Positions 12,418 to 23,119 of a stretch of DNA of 64,000 nucleotides are shown piece by piece. The notes under the pieces were generated by a model, which did not search any database, was not told where the DNA came from, and saw nothing but the letters and a program-made list of their open reading frames with translations. The DNA comes from Perkinsus olseni (taxonomy: Eukaryota), in NCBI GenBank assembly GCA_013115125.1, contig JABANN010000032.1, positions 1-64,000 on the forward strand, read 5' to 3'. Position 1 is the first letter of the stretch, and every line of letters begins with the position of its first letter. Position numbers and translations under genes: made by a program.

Positions 12418-15400
12418 TCACTTCTTCCGAGACCTCGACGGTGGAGGCCCAGGGCCATCAGCATGTCGATGCTTCTTCTGCTGGCCTCCTCCTCCTCCTC
12501 CTACCGAGTTCCTGGGCGACACAGGCATCCTCGGCGCTATGCTGGCGTTGGCTGGAGCGTATTTCCCGAAGAGTGCTCGGGCCACTTCTTCCCTCGAGAC
12601 AATATGCTCGCCGCCAAAATACTTGGGCTTCCTCGAGAAAGGGTGCAGGACGACCGAACTGAGGGCTTGATGGAAGAATCTGCTGCCCCATTCGTCCAGA
12701 CAATCACGCCAAGTCCAAAGCCTTCTCTTGCGCACATAATGGCGGACCTTCAGGGAGACGTCCTTGAGAGTCATCCTCTTACTCTTATACGAGAACAGAG
12801 CGTTGATGTCGCCGAATCTAATGTACTTGAAAAATATGAGCTCGGCAGGCTTGTCATTTTTGCTGTCTTCTTTTGTCTTGAATCGGTCGGAGAGGGACAT
12901 GTCCTCTCCAGTGGGGTCCAGGAAGATGAAGGCGTAGACCTCCTCGAACATCTGCTGCGTTAAATTCACCACGATCGGCGCCAAGTTGACCGTCACGGCA
13001 TCGTAGATGTGCCACCTCTGCCCGTTGTGCTGGACGATACGGTCTTGCCCTCGGAACTGCAGCAGACTGGTGCCCTTCGAGTGGGCCCCTTTGATGATCT
13101 GCATTCCCTCACTCCCCGTCACTGTGATGTCTCTGAGCTCAAACGAGAACATCATGGGATGCCCAGGGTCCGAGTGAGCGAAGACGTGAGTGCCCGCAGC
13201 GTCGTCGAGCTTCAACCTCAGGAAGACGCTGTCAGCGTGGGCGAGATTCATCGAAAGCTCCCCCACAGTGTACTCGATCACCAGCTTGGACCTCGAGGGA
13301 GAACCATCACCGAAGTCCTCCGAAACCACGTCCGAGATCTCCGACCGCAGCCGCTTGAGCTCGCCAGGGGATATTCGCTCAGTGAGCGTCACTGGCACGT
13401 CAGGCGACTCAGTGTAGGGCTGCGCACTGCGGGAGTTCTCGTCGTCCTCTTCCTCGCCGTCACCATCATCCTCATGCGTGCCTGGACGGTAGAGCAAGCA
13501 CTCCGTGATGACCGAGACAACCTGATGGAAGGAGAGGTCGTCGGCAGCCAAGAAGATCCGCTCGACGCAGGCCTGCACACTGGAGTCGCCCACTGGGAGG
13601 ATGTCCGCAGTGCCCCGGAGGGTGAAGGTGGAGAGCTCTGTAACAGACTTGAGGGCATCATCGTAGGAGCCGCTCCAGGCCACACCACAGGGCTTCGTCG
13701 AACCCACCAGACCGCGGAGACCATCCAGGGTCAGGGCCAGTGTAAGTCTAAGGTTGCTGCTATTATCGACACCAGTGGCGCTGGTGCGATGGCCGCGCAC
13801 CTCGGCGACGGCCTCCCCGATGCAGAGCACCAACTGAGCGCCATTGGGGAGCTTGCCGGCGATGGAGTCCTCCTCTCCGTCGTTGGGGTCGATGTCCTCA
13901 TCGAAGCCCAACTCATCGTTGGTTATGATGGCCTTCACGATCTGCTTCCAAGGGTAGGCCCCAAGGCGGATCTCCTCGACACTCGCAGCTGCCACGGAAA
14001 GGTTGAAGGGTGGCAAGGGTGGTAGAGGGGTGTCGTCAGCATGCTGGCGGACCCACCACGTCCGACCCTCCCCCTGACGATACTCCTCGTCGTAGACCGC
14101 ATGAGCTGCCAGCAGCCTACAGCCACACTTGAACTCCTCTCCACAAGGAGTGCTCGGAGTCGTCGAGAGAGTTGACGTATCCTCATGCTCGATGGTGGCA
14201 GCCTTGCCGTCGGCAGCCGCAGCGTAGTGGCAGTTGAGCTGCACATCGCTGACCCTTAGGACAGCCGAGGCGCTACGACCGACGAGCATGACGGCACTCC
14301 AGGCCTTCTCGATGCGGACGTGGAGAGGCTCTTCTTCTTCGTCCTCGTCCTCGCCAGCGTCGTCATCATAGGAAGCAGCCTCAGGGCGCCGAGCCATGGC
14401 CTCCGTTCTGCACATCTTATCATGGTACTTGAGACCCTCGACGAAGCGCTCTCTCCATCGGTTCATCATTTTGAAGAACTGATCCACATTAAGAAGGGTC
14501 ATCCGCATGCAGCGCTGGATCACTGGCGACCAGCATATCCGAGTGCCGTGGAGGCCAAGGTAGAGGAGGGCAACCTCATGGGGGTCGTCCGAGACTCGAG
14601 ACCGACCAGCGCCGAAAGTGGGCACCAGATTTGAATGCAAGGTCAGGGTGACGTCCTCGATCTCGATGAAGGGGGCCACGTTGCGGAGAGGGTAGGGGTT
14701 GTCCGAGGGCGTGCAGAAAGCGCAGTGCCTCTCGAATGTGGGAGTAAGGCGATGGGGGCGGACGACTTCGAAGCCGATCACGGCATTCCGGATAGAACCC
14801 ACTATGCTGCCGGTGGCGCAGGAAGAGTCGGTCGCTAGACTGATCTCCGAGGCCCCACACCGCCAGGCCCCGCACTTGCAGGTTATCTCCGATAGGAGGA
14901 TATTGAAGGCGACCTTGATGTTACCGAAGATGTTGTTGGCTGAGACCCCGGTGGCACTGGTCGTTCTGAAACGTCTGTGCATGTTCGTAGAAAGGGAGCG
15001 CTTCTTATGGCCGGAAGTGTTGAGGGACACCTTCACGTTCTGACCGTTGATCTGGTAGAAGTCCCTCGGGGAGCCGATGAGCTGCAGCACAATGGGGATG
15101 TGGAACTCCGGTACAACACAGAAGCTGAGCTGCTGGTTGCCAGTCGAGGCCGAGTCCCGGAACTCAGCCGACCAGGAGATGCACACCGGAGGGTCCACGG
15201 TATCCCTCATGGCGTCGGGAGAGCTTGGCAGATTGTGCACCAACAACCGCAACTGCACCGAGTTCACGTGGGAAATCGAGGACCCGGCCCCCCATCTCAA
15301 GGTGGGGTTGGTGAACTCCGCGTCGAACTGGGCGTAGACGGGCTTATCTAGGATGCCCTCCCCCATAGAGTAGACGGCAGCGTTCTTGATGAGGCCTGGC

Positions 15401-18400
15401 TTGAGGTCCTTGAGGTACTCAAGGCCTTTCATGTAAGCTGCTATCTTGTCGATGACGTAGGAGTCGATGTCCCACAGATTGGAACCACCTCGACCTCCGC
15501 TGGTACTGCTGGCAGAACCATTGGTGTTCTTCCGCTGTGGCTGGTCCAAACACCAGGGTTCAGTGAGCCATTGCGCGAGGACCGGGTCCTGCTTCCGGTC
15601 CAGGGCGGGTAGGACCAAGGCCGGCGAGCCCGTAGCACCGTGGGTGTTGAAGACCAGGCGGGCCACGATAGGGTCGGCTGTGAGGAGCTGCAGAGGCTCC
15701 AGCCCACGGACCGCCCACGTGAAGCACATGCCAGACAGGAACTCAACTGAGAGGACCATCCGGAAGGGGTCGGGGATCGGGCCAGGGTCCGGTGCCTCGA
15801 TCGGCTTCAATGCCGGCATGCTATCGTCGCTGCCGCTGCGAGTGGCCCTCCTTGGCGCAGGGGGATGTCTTCCCAACGCTGTGGCGGCCTCGAGTTCCAC
15901 CAGGAGGTCCTCCAACATGTGCTGCAGCTCGGTCAGACGGCAAGACACCGACAAAGCATTTTCAAAGGCAGCAATCTCAGGGCTCACAGTCTCCGTTCCC
16001 AGCACCACGACCGCCCTGGTCCCCTCATCAAGCAGGGCGAAGTGGGCCTCGGGTAAACAGGCCGTGATGACCTTGGGGAGCATCTGGACGATAACAGCGG
16101 TGAGTGTTAACTCCATCTCCTTTGTGTCCTTGAGGTAGGTGAAGTGGATGGCCTCGGAGGAGAGGCAGATACCGGACTTCTCGAGGGGCTCGGGCATATC
16201 GCCATCAACACCGCCGAAATCATCAAAGCTGAACCGCCGCTTTTTGCCAGTGGAGGGGTTCCCCAATAGAACCCGCATCGCACCGCAAAGATCGACGGCC
16301 AGGTCCCTAAGGGGTCCCTTGGGGGGCCCTGTGCTGGTGAACTCGCGATCGAAAGCACGGTAGGCTTCAACCGCTCCCGCCGCCAGGACGGCTGCCTCCC
16401 TGATGCTGCACTCAGCAGTGAGGGCCAGCTTCCTGTTACGGTCCTTCGACCGTCGAACCCACTCTGGGAGTTGGGTGACCCACAGTCTGAAGGTCCGAAG
16501 AGCCCGGGGAGGCTCTCCTGGGTAGCGAGGCACCGGCCGACACCAGTCTCGGTTGACCTTGACGTCGTCCAGGCGGTCGTTGGGGTCACGACGGTAGCAG
16601 GAGACCTTGACGTGGAGGTCGTCCCTCATAGACAGACAGCCGGCGATGGACGGCCGGCAGACAGCGATGTGCATGCTGTCCTTAGTCGGGCCCATTGCGA
16701 GCTCCAAGCTACTCATCTTGATGGGAGGTGTGCCTGGGATAGGGAGGTCGGCCACGACGTTGGTGCCTACGAAGAGCATGGACTTGAACTGAGGGGGGTC
16801 CAAGAAGACTCGAGTTCCGGTGTCCACCACCTCAGGGAACCGATCGATGTCGTGGACGGCCGCCTCGATAAGGTAGTTGATGCAGCCGAAGAGGGCGTCA
16901 TCGAATTTGGTGACGGCGTCTGTGAATAGGACCGCGATAGGGAGCGCTCCCCGCACCGGGCACTGAGCCGAGACGTTCTTGACAAAGTCAGGGACGACCG
17001 GGAAGGGGCCCAGGGGTCTGGACAGCTGCGGGAACACCGAGAGGGGCACCCAGACGTCGATCCGCTTGGCCGTTATGAGCTTCTGATCGGCGCCATCGAC
17101 ACCGTAAAGGATCGGCTCGTCAACGCTCAAGACGAACTTCCACTGCTGATCATCGAACATGAGGAAGCCCTTCTTGGCAAGGAGACGTTGACCAGACCCC
17201 AAGTGGATCTCAACTGACCGGGCATGCAGGCGAACCCTGATCGGGTCCGGGACGTACCGGTAGGGGACAGCTTCCTTGTCGGGAGCCCGGCGGCAGAGTT
17301 CCCAGGCGTAGTACTGCTTCACGATCTCATTTCGCCGTACAATCTTCCAAGGCTTCTTGACTGACTTGAAGACGTCACTAAGATGGTCCACCGCCTTGAA
17401 CCAGGCTATGAAGCTTTCTGGGGCGACGAGGCCCCAGAGGGTGTGGACGTCAACGTCGATGTAGATGCCGCGGCCGTGCACTTCTATGCAGCCGCCGAGC
17501 GGCGGGTCCAACCTCAGCGCTGTCTTCCGCACACCCTCCAGGTCGATGTCGTCCAGCCGCAGCGAGGAGGGGATCTTGATCTCATAGTCGGGCCAGCTCC
17601 CTTCCGAATGCAGGACGCCGGTCACGTTGCTGCCAATGACCTCGCAGCGACCGACGGCAAGGTCGGACACGCTGACCACCAGCGAGGCGACGGTGAAGGT
17701 GCAGCTGACGGCGGGCACGCTCGGGTCTATAACGTCCTTCTCTGGAGGGTCGCCAGAGATGTCGGGATCCGGCTTCTCGATGAGGGGGCCGATGGCCAGC
17801 AGTGATTCGCGGAAGAGCAGCACCGGTACCTCCACCCGCAGGGCGTCGGCAGCGATCTGGACTTCCGGAGTCTCCCGACTAACGTTGGAGCTGAGGGAGC
17901 ACCGAGGAAGGTGGAGCACCTCCCAGCGGTCTGGCTTCAGACTAGACTGACCCTCGAGACGCACGGACTGCCACTTCACCTGGGACACAGGGCCGGCCTT
18001 GGCGAGGGAGAACTCCTCTACGACCACACAGTAGGATACTCGACTCCTGTCCACACCTAGATGGCGGCCCGGTAGAGTGAGGCGGAGGTTGATGATGCCG
18101 ATGTTGATGAAGCAGCTTCTAAAGAGGAGCTCCTTCCACCATGACGCACCGCCAGAGTCCTCAGGGGGCGCGTCTGATCTCTTCCGGCGCCGGACTGTGG
18201 GGTCCTTCTTGGGGACTTCGAGGATGTCGACGGCGATGTCGATCGAGGGAACGACAAGGCCGCGGTTCCAAAGGCTGATTCCCAGCGGGCCAACCTTTGC
18301 GGACACTTTCATCGTCCCGTTGACAGTAGTAAGCTCGACCTCAGCGCCGCCGCCAGAGGGCCGTTTCAGCGCGAAGTCTGCTAATGTCCGCCTCAGGAGA

Positions 18401-18756
18401 ATTTTCAGCACTACCTCCACCAGCCAATAGTAGACAGAAGGGAAGGCAAGGGCCGCCAGAATGGCACAGATGGCGGTTAGGGTTGCCGCCTTCAATGGTA
18501 ATGTCACAAAATATGCGAGGAAGCAGTCCCAGAGCCCCCATAGGGCCGTACTGGGCAATCCTGTCGACAGAATAGTCGTTGAATTAGTGACAATAAATTC
18601 TGAAGGGTTATGGTACTGTGAGAGGCACTCGAACTCAATCCGGGAGAGGTCAGAATGGAGACAAGACTGATAAGGGAACGTGTGACTGCTGGGCAGCGAT
18701 GAAGAAAGTGCAGCCACTTGGTAAGGGCGTCCCCTCAGATCAACTGTACTCTGCAC
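12418..18756 (-). CDS. BLTP2: BLTP2/Hobbit/FMP27/SABRE-family bridge-like lipid transfer protein (intronless; start codon unclear)
   Basis: 2112-codon ORF with an N-terminal TM anchor (AICAILAALAFPSVYYWLVEVVLKILLRR), a long beta-rich body and a C-terminal Apt1-like region (VNLAPIVVNLTQQMFEEVYAFIF; FKYIRFGDINALFSYK..WTWRDCLD). Confidence 0.8.
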   Translation of the reverse strand: MQSTVDLRGRPYQVAALSSSLPSSHTFPYQSCLHSDLSRIEFECLSQYHNPSEFIVTNSTTILSTGLPSTALWGLWDCFLAYFVTLPLKAATLTAICAILAALAFPSVYYWLVEVVLKILLRRTLADFALKRPSGGGAEVELTTVNGTMKVSAKVGPLGISLWNRGLVVPSIDIAVDILEVPKKDPTVRRRKRSDAPPEDSGGASWWKELLFRSCFINIGIINLRLTLPGRHLGVDRSRVSYCVVVEEFSLAKAGPVSQVKWQSVRLEGQSSLKPDRWEVLHLPRCSLSSNVSRETPEVQIAADALRVEVPVLLFRESLLAIGPLIEKPDPDISGDPPEKDVIDPSVPAVSCTFTVASLVVSVSDLAVGRCEVIGSNVTGVLHSEGSWPDYEIKIPSSLRLDDIDLEGVRKTALRLDPPLGGCIEVHGRGIYIDVDVHTLWGLVAPESFIAWFKAVDHLSDVFKSVKKPWKIVRRNEIVKQYYAWELCRRAPDKEAVPYRYVPDPIRVRLHARSVEIHLGSGQRLLAKKGFLMFDDQQWKFVLSVDEPILYGVDGADQKLITAKRIDVWVPLSVFPQLSRPLGPFPVVPDFVKNVSAQCPVRGALPIAVLFTDAVTKFDDALFGCINYLIEAAVHDIDRFPEVVDTGTRVFLDPPQFKSMLFVGTNVVADLPIPGTPPIKMSSLELAMGPTKDSMHIAVCRPSIAGCLSMRDDLHVKVSCYRRDPNDRLDDVKVNRDWCRPVPRYPGEPPRALRTFRLWVTQLPEWVRRSKDRNRKLALTAECSIREAAVLAAGAVEAYRAFDREFTSTGPPKGPLRDLAVDLCGAMRVLLGNPSTGKKRRFSFDDFGGVDGDMPEPLEKSGICLSSEAIHFTYLKDTKEMELTLTAVIVQMLPKVITACLPEAHFALLDEGTRAVVVLGTETVSPEIAAFENALSVSCRLTELQHMLEDLLVELEAATALGRHPPAPRRATRSGSDDSMPALKPIEAPDPGPIPDPFRMVLSVEFLSGMCFTWAVRGLEPLQLLTADPIVARLVFNTHGATGSPALVLPALDRKQDPVLAQWLTEPWCLDQPQRKNTNGSASSTSGGRGGSNLWDIDSYVIDKIAAYMKGLEYLKDLKPGLIKNAAVYSMGEGILDKPVYAQFDAEFTNPTLRWGAGSSISHVNSVQLRLLVHNLPSSPDAMRDTVDPPVCISWSAEFRDSASTGNQQLSFCVVPEFHIPIVLQLIGSPRDFYQINGQNVKVSLNTSGHKKRSLSTNMHRRFRTTSATGVSANNIFGNIKVAFNILLSEITCKCGAWRCGASEISLATDSSCATGSIVGSIRNAVIGFEVVRPHRLTPTFERHCAFCTPSDNPYPLRNVAPFIEIEDVTLTLHSNLVPTFGAGRSRVSDDPHEVALLYLGLHGTRICWSPVIQRCMRMTLLNVDQFFKMMNRWRERFVEGLKYHDKMCRTEAMARRPEAASYDDDAGEDEDEEEEPLHVRIEKAWSAVMLVGRSASAVLRVSDVQLNCHYAAAADGKAATIEHEDTSTLSTTPSTPCGEEFKCGCRLLAAHAVYDEEYRQGEGRTWWVRQHADDTPLPPLPPFNLSVAAASVEEIRLGAYPWKQIVKAIITNDELGFDEDIDPNDGEEDSIAGKLPNGAQLVLCIGEAVAEVRGHRTSATGVDNSSNLRLTLALTLDGLRGLVGSTKPCGVAWSGSYDDALKSVTELSTFTLRGTADILPVGDSSVQACVERIFLAADDLSFHQVVSVITECLLYRPGTHEDDGDGEEEDDENSRSAQPYTESPDVPVTLTERISPGELKRLRSEISDVVSEDFGDGSPSRSKLVIEYTVGELSMNLAHADSVFLRLKLDDAAGTHVFAHSDPGHPMMFSFELRDITVTGSEGMQIIKGAHSKGTSLLQFRGQDRIVQHNGQRWHIYDAVTVNLAPIVVNLTQQMFEEVYAFIFLDPTGEDMSLSDRFKTKEDSKNDKPAELIFFKYIRFGDINALFSYKSKRMTLKDVSLKVRHYVRKRRLWTWRDCLDEWGSRFFHQALSSVVLHPFSRKPKYFGGEHIVSREEVARALFGKYAPANASIAPRMPVSPRNSVGGGGGGQQKKHRHADGPGPPPSRSRKK

Positions 18757-18765
18757 AAAACTGAC

Positions 18766-20157
18766 TCAGATCTCGTTGGCTTTGATTCTGGTATTGAAAC
18801 CCTCGCTCATATCACTCGTCGGAGTTGGCGAGGCCCCCGAGTAAGACTGCGGAGCAGCAGCAGGTGGGTCGGCTACGTGCACGACTTGCATGCGACACGC
18901 CGCCCTTGCCGCCTTACGCTCCTCCAAGAGCGCCGTCTTATTCATAAGCAGCTGCGCGGCGGTGGTCTTACTCTTGTGCTCCCGACGAGAGCGCCTGACG
19001 GCATTCATGGCGTCTTCGTACTCGGTGGTCTCCAACAGCCATGAGTGGACCAAGCATTGCTGGACGGTCGGACGGCTGACGGAGTCGGAGGCCGTCATGG
19101 CTTCCATTAGTTCAACTCCGCCCGGGGGCGCATCCGCAGCCAGGACTCCCTCGGCGTCTTGCAGCATATGCCGCAGTACTTGCCCGGCCGACCAGACGTC
19201 CACCTTCTCATTATAAGTCGAACCCGAAGACCAGCCACCCTGATGCCGGGACAGGTACCGAGTGAGGGGAGAGCGATCTGCGGCGTCTCCGAGGGCCTCG
19301 TCACCAGCGGTGACCTCCGGGGCCATGTAGCCGTTGGTGCCAGTCGGTGTCATCATACCACTACTAGTGGCACCGCTCGCTCTTGCCGTGCCTTTCCCAC
19401 CGAAGGCGGACTGGTCTGAGAACCCTATGGGCGTCGACTGGAACCGGCTGGCGATGTTGAAATCGATGAGGACGATGAGAGAGACTTCCAGTCTGTTAGG
19501 TTCGACAGCCACTATGTTAGAAGGCTTCACATCGCGATGGCAAATGTGCTTGCTACTATGAAGGTAAAACAAAGCATTGAGAAGCTGCCTCATGATGTTC
19601 CGGCAAGCAGCTTCAGTGTAGGGGCCAGGGATCTCCTCAAGAGTCTTCCCCGGGACGTACTCCAGAGCCAAATAGATCTTCTCTCCCAAGTAGAGGTTCA
19701 CCGGTCTAACAATATTACGATGATGGAGAGTCCGAAGCATGTCAAATTCACGCTCGGCAAAGCACTCCATCTCCCCGTCCCCACTACGCAGGTACTCCTT
19801 TATGGCGACGGTGGTGGTAGGGCCCGGGGAGCGACTGACGGCCCGCCAGACGGTGCTGGACGATCCACGACCGATCTGCTCGATAAAATGATAATCTTCT
19901 CGGACTTGGACTTCCTCCTCTTGCCGTTCCTTCAAAATCTCGTAAACGCTCGAGCAGGTGAGGTCCAAAGCCTCCGGAACGACATTACTCGACTTCCCGC
20001 GTAATTTTACGCTTTTTCCATCAGAACTTCCGGCATAGGTAGAGAGACTCTTCGGGAGGGTCCCCAATAGTACATGACCGTCAGAGTCCAACTTGGGTAG
20101 GGGGGCTGCCTGGACGTCCGGAAGCTGGATCTTGCGACGCTGTCCTAGCCCAGGCAT
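18766..20157 (-). CDS. Ser/Thr protein kinase (CAMK-like), intronless
   Basis: IGRGSSSTV, VAIK, HRDVKPSN, DFN, TGTNGYMAPE and DVWSAG motifs. Confidence 0.9.
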   Translation of the reverse strand: MPGLGQRRKIQLPDVQAAPLPKLDSDGHVLLGTLPKSLSTYAGSSDGKSVKLRGKSSNVVPEALDLTCSSVYEILKERQEEEVQVREDYHFIEQIGRGSSSTVWRAVSRSPGPTTTVAIKEYLRSGDGEMECFAEREFDMLRTLHHRNIVRPVNLYLGEKIYLALEYVPGKTLEEIPGPYTEAACRNIMRQLLNALFYLHSSKHICHRDVKPSNIVAVEPNRLEVSLIVLIDFNIASRFQSTPIGFSDQSAFGGKGTARASGATSSGMMTPTGTNGYMAPEVTAGDEALGDAADRSPLTRYLSRHQGGWSSGSTYNEKVDVWSAGQVLRHMLQDAEGVLAADAPPGGVELMEAMTASDSVSRPTVQQCLVHSWLLETTEYEDAMNAVRRSRREHKSKTTAAQLLMNKTALLEERKAARAACRMQVVHVADPPAAAPQSYSGASPTPTSDMSEGFNTRIKANEI

Positions 20158-20389
20158 AATTTATAGAAAAAGCGGGAAAATGGTAAGGATTATTAAATCC
20201 TGGAAAGAGCACAGTGGTAGTAGTTACTGACCAGCGCAAGAGACATTCACATTGCACGCGTTCCGAATTTCGTGGCGCGTGCCAAAGTCTGCGCCGGCGG
20301 CGGCGGCGGCGGCGCCGTCTCGTCTCGAACGATATTCTCCCCTTGTTGTAAAAGAAGGCTGTTAGGATATTGGCAATTTCGTCTTCGCC
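20158..20389. promoter_or_regulatory. Short divergent intergenic region (kinase / eIF4E) with a (GGC)n tract
   Basis: 232 bp between head-to-head ATGs, containing a GGC run at about 20296-20313; a regulatory role is inferred only. Confidence 0.35.
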
Positions 20390-21894
20390 ATGGTTCAGGC
20401 TGAGATATCTCCTACACTCTCCCAGCCACGTGCTCCCAAGCTTCTTCCGCCCTCGGAGGCCACTACGTCCTCAGCAGCGGTTTATGTACAGCCAGCTGGA
20501 CGCCTCGTGAACCTCAACTGTCTATTAGCACTCAAGGGAGCTTTACCAAAAATGACAGACCGGTCCTACCACACCTTCCGGAAATGCTTGCTTCAGGAGA
20601 AACAGGGCACTTCCTGAAGGCCTCTACTCCTTTGGTCACGGAGGAGCCTTGCCTTGTAGTTATTAATTTTCTATTTGCTTTTCTAAGGTGATGTCCTCTT
20701 CTCCAGTCGTAGTGGCCGAAGCGTCGAACCCCGTCCGGGCGCTTTCTCTGAACCGGAGGCTGGTCTCTAATTGCGAGCTGGAGTCCGCGGTCAAGGCCTG
20801 TGACAAACTTGAGGGGTCCACGCCGATTGACATGCCCTTGCCGCTGAAGAACAAGTGGGTTCTATGGGAACAGCTGACCCTTCATAAGGTAATGGGGTTA
20901 ATATCTTAGCTTGACCCCTGCAAGATACAAAATATGTCGGATCGCGTACATTCCTTCAGCACGCCGCTACGCCCGAACCTAAATCAGAAGACGCTGAAGG
21001 TGAAGTCGACGCTTCCAAGCAAGTTGATCTCACAGAGGTCGCGGTCTCGGCTGCCCGAGGCATATCTAATTACGGCGAGCTCACCAATCGGGTGGCAGAG
21101 GTGTCGACCGTGCAGGACTTCTGGAAATATTACAACTTCCTGCCCCAGCCCAGCGCTGTCATCGGTGATAATCTGAAGATTGTCAGGTAGTAGGTGGGTA
21201 CTCCTCGTGGTAGTTTAGTTACGCTTTTTTAGGTATGACCTCCTTGCGAACGGTGAGATGTCTAAAACTCCCACCCATTCTCTCGGAGCGCTCATGCTCT
21301 TCCTTGATGGTGTCAAGCCGGAATGGGAGGACCCAGCCAACGCTAAGGGCGGCCACTTCCAGTTCACTATGCAGGCCGCCGGCTTCAAGTCCAAGGCTCC
21401 GGTCGACTTCGAAGCCTCCAACCCTGTCACGCAGGTCAATGCTGGTCTGGCTCTCATGGACGAAATTTGGAACAACTTAGTATGGGCAGCATTCTAATGG
21501 TTGTCGGTAGGCGTGCTCTCCCGCAGGTCTTCGCTGTTGTCGGCAACACCCTCGAGCCCAAGGACTTCGTCACAGGGTTGAGACTGGTTGATAAGGTTAA
21601 GCGTGGCAACGTCAGAGGCGGCTCTTCACGAAGTAACGCTAGTGGACATCTCCGAGCTGAGGTAGGGTGGCAGGCCTCACAGCCGTCACCAGCACTCAGC
21701 GGGGTGTCTTCAGGTATGGTTCCGCGATATGGATAAGGAGAAAGTGAAGACGCTGCGGGAGTCAATGGAGAACGTCATGCGGCAACGATTGGATCAGAAC
21801 GCTGTGGTGGATACTTCGCCTGAAGGTAATCATGATGGGCTTTGAGGCAGTCAGTTCCCTGACTTCGCTAATAGAAAACAGTCAAGTCTGGTAG
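20390..21894 (+). CDS. EIF4E: Translation initiation factor eIF4E (alveolate/dinoflagellate eIF4E-1-like), multi-exon
   Basis: PLKNKWVLW, STVQDFWKYY..PQPS, LFLDGVKPEWEDPANAKGG, DEIWNNL, VTGLRLVDK, RAEVWF; ends at 21845 if the last intron is not spliced. Confidence 0.92.
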
Positions 21895-22139
21895 GAAGGT
21901 GGAATTGGATCTAACAGGAATAAATTCGTCAGTACCCGTGTCGATCTAAAATAGATCATTTATTCTTGCCAATCGCCGCCGTGTTCATTAGTCGACTTTC
22001 TCGCTCCTACCGCGGCCTTCCGCCGGGTCAGCCTCTCTCATCGTCCTGACTTGCGTCCGACGGCGACGTGTAGCGCTCCCGGCTAGATGTTATCGCTCGT
22101 GCTGTGCATTCTAGCCATGCTGGATTCTCATCGTCGTCA

Positions 22140-22961
22140 GCCCCTCCGATATTCCCTGGCTATCGTTTGGACCTGCGCCCCCACGACGAGACAGCGATGC
22201 AGCAGAATGTGCAGGTGAGGTTGAAGCGTGTCCAAGACGCGTCGTATGATATCCCTTACACAGGACTCCATCAACACTAGGAAGCAGTACAAGAGGACGA
22301 AGACTCGGAAGCAAATTATGAACTCGGCAAGGTCTCGTGGTGAACTCAACTAGCTGATCATCACTGTAATAAACGGAGGGCGGAGGGGGCCTTCTTTACG
22401 CTAGGCGAGAGGCTCTCCGCAGTCGATACACCTCGGGCGATTCCACGCGGCCAGTGGAACTCTTTCCGGGACAAACGGGTCACCTCTGGTAAAAATTCTA
22501 AATTTCCTTCGAACACTAAAGATCTCGTGGAGTAGTCGGGCTCACTGTGAGCAGCTCATCATTCGATCGCTTTTGCAGGATCGGTACCGGCAGAGTTGGT
22601 CACGAGTTAGTCAACTGAGAGGCCTGCCTGTAGCTGGATATCATTTATTTCGCGCTGTACCAGTTACAGTGGTAGGCTTATCATCCCAACTATCTCTCTC
22701 TTGGCCGTGCACGGTCGTGGGCTGCCGGAGTTTCGCTGGACTCAAGCGCTGTCTGGTGTTAGTAAATCATACAAAGGCTGTGTTCAGCTTTGCGCGGGTG
22801 ACGTCGTGTCTTCGGTCGACATAGAATTGAAGTTCCCGTGGGGCCTGGCACTGCTGAGAGGGAAGAGATGGCGAGAACTCCGATTAAATGGGTTGCCGAC
22901 GTCCGCAGTAGAGGTCGCGTCTGGCCTTCTTGTACGCGGGGAGAGCAGTATCCTAGGTTGA
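22140..22961 (+). CDS. Possible hypothetical spliced protein
   Basis: Short open segments with GT/AG edges (e.g. GLPEFRWTQALSGVSKSYKGCVQLC); no coherent model obtained. Confidence 0.2.
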
Positions 22962-23119
22962 AGGTGGTTAGATACACATAAGGTAACAGGCGCTAGGAAG
23001 GCTCGGCTCATCCAGGGCTGCTTTACGCTGGCCCTTAGTGGTTGCTGTAGTAGCCTGTCTGAGTCGAAGCCTAAGTCCGTGTGACCTCCTTTGTGTGCCC
23101 TAGAGCTATTCTCGTAGTA

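Noticed and set aside
12262..18430. Many long plus-strand ORFs (e.g. 13009-14025, 15467-16138)
   Set aside because: Antisense shadows of the GC-rich BLTP2 coding sequence
18766..18768. Selenocysteine decoding of the kinase TGA
   Set aside because: No redox-motif context and no SECIS element identified
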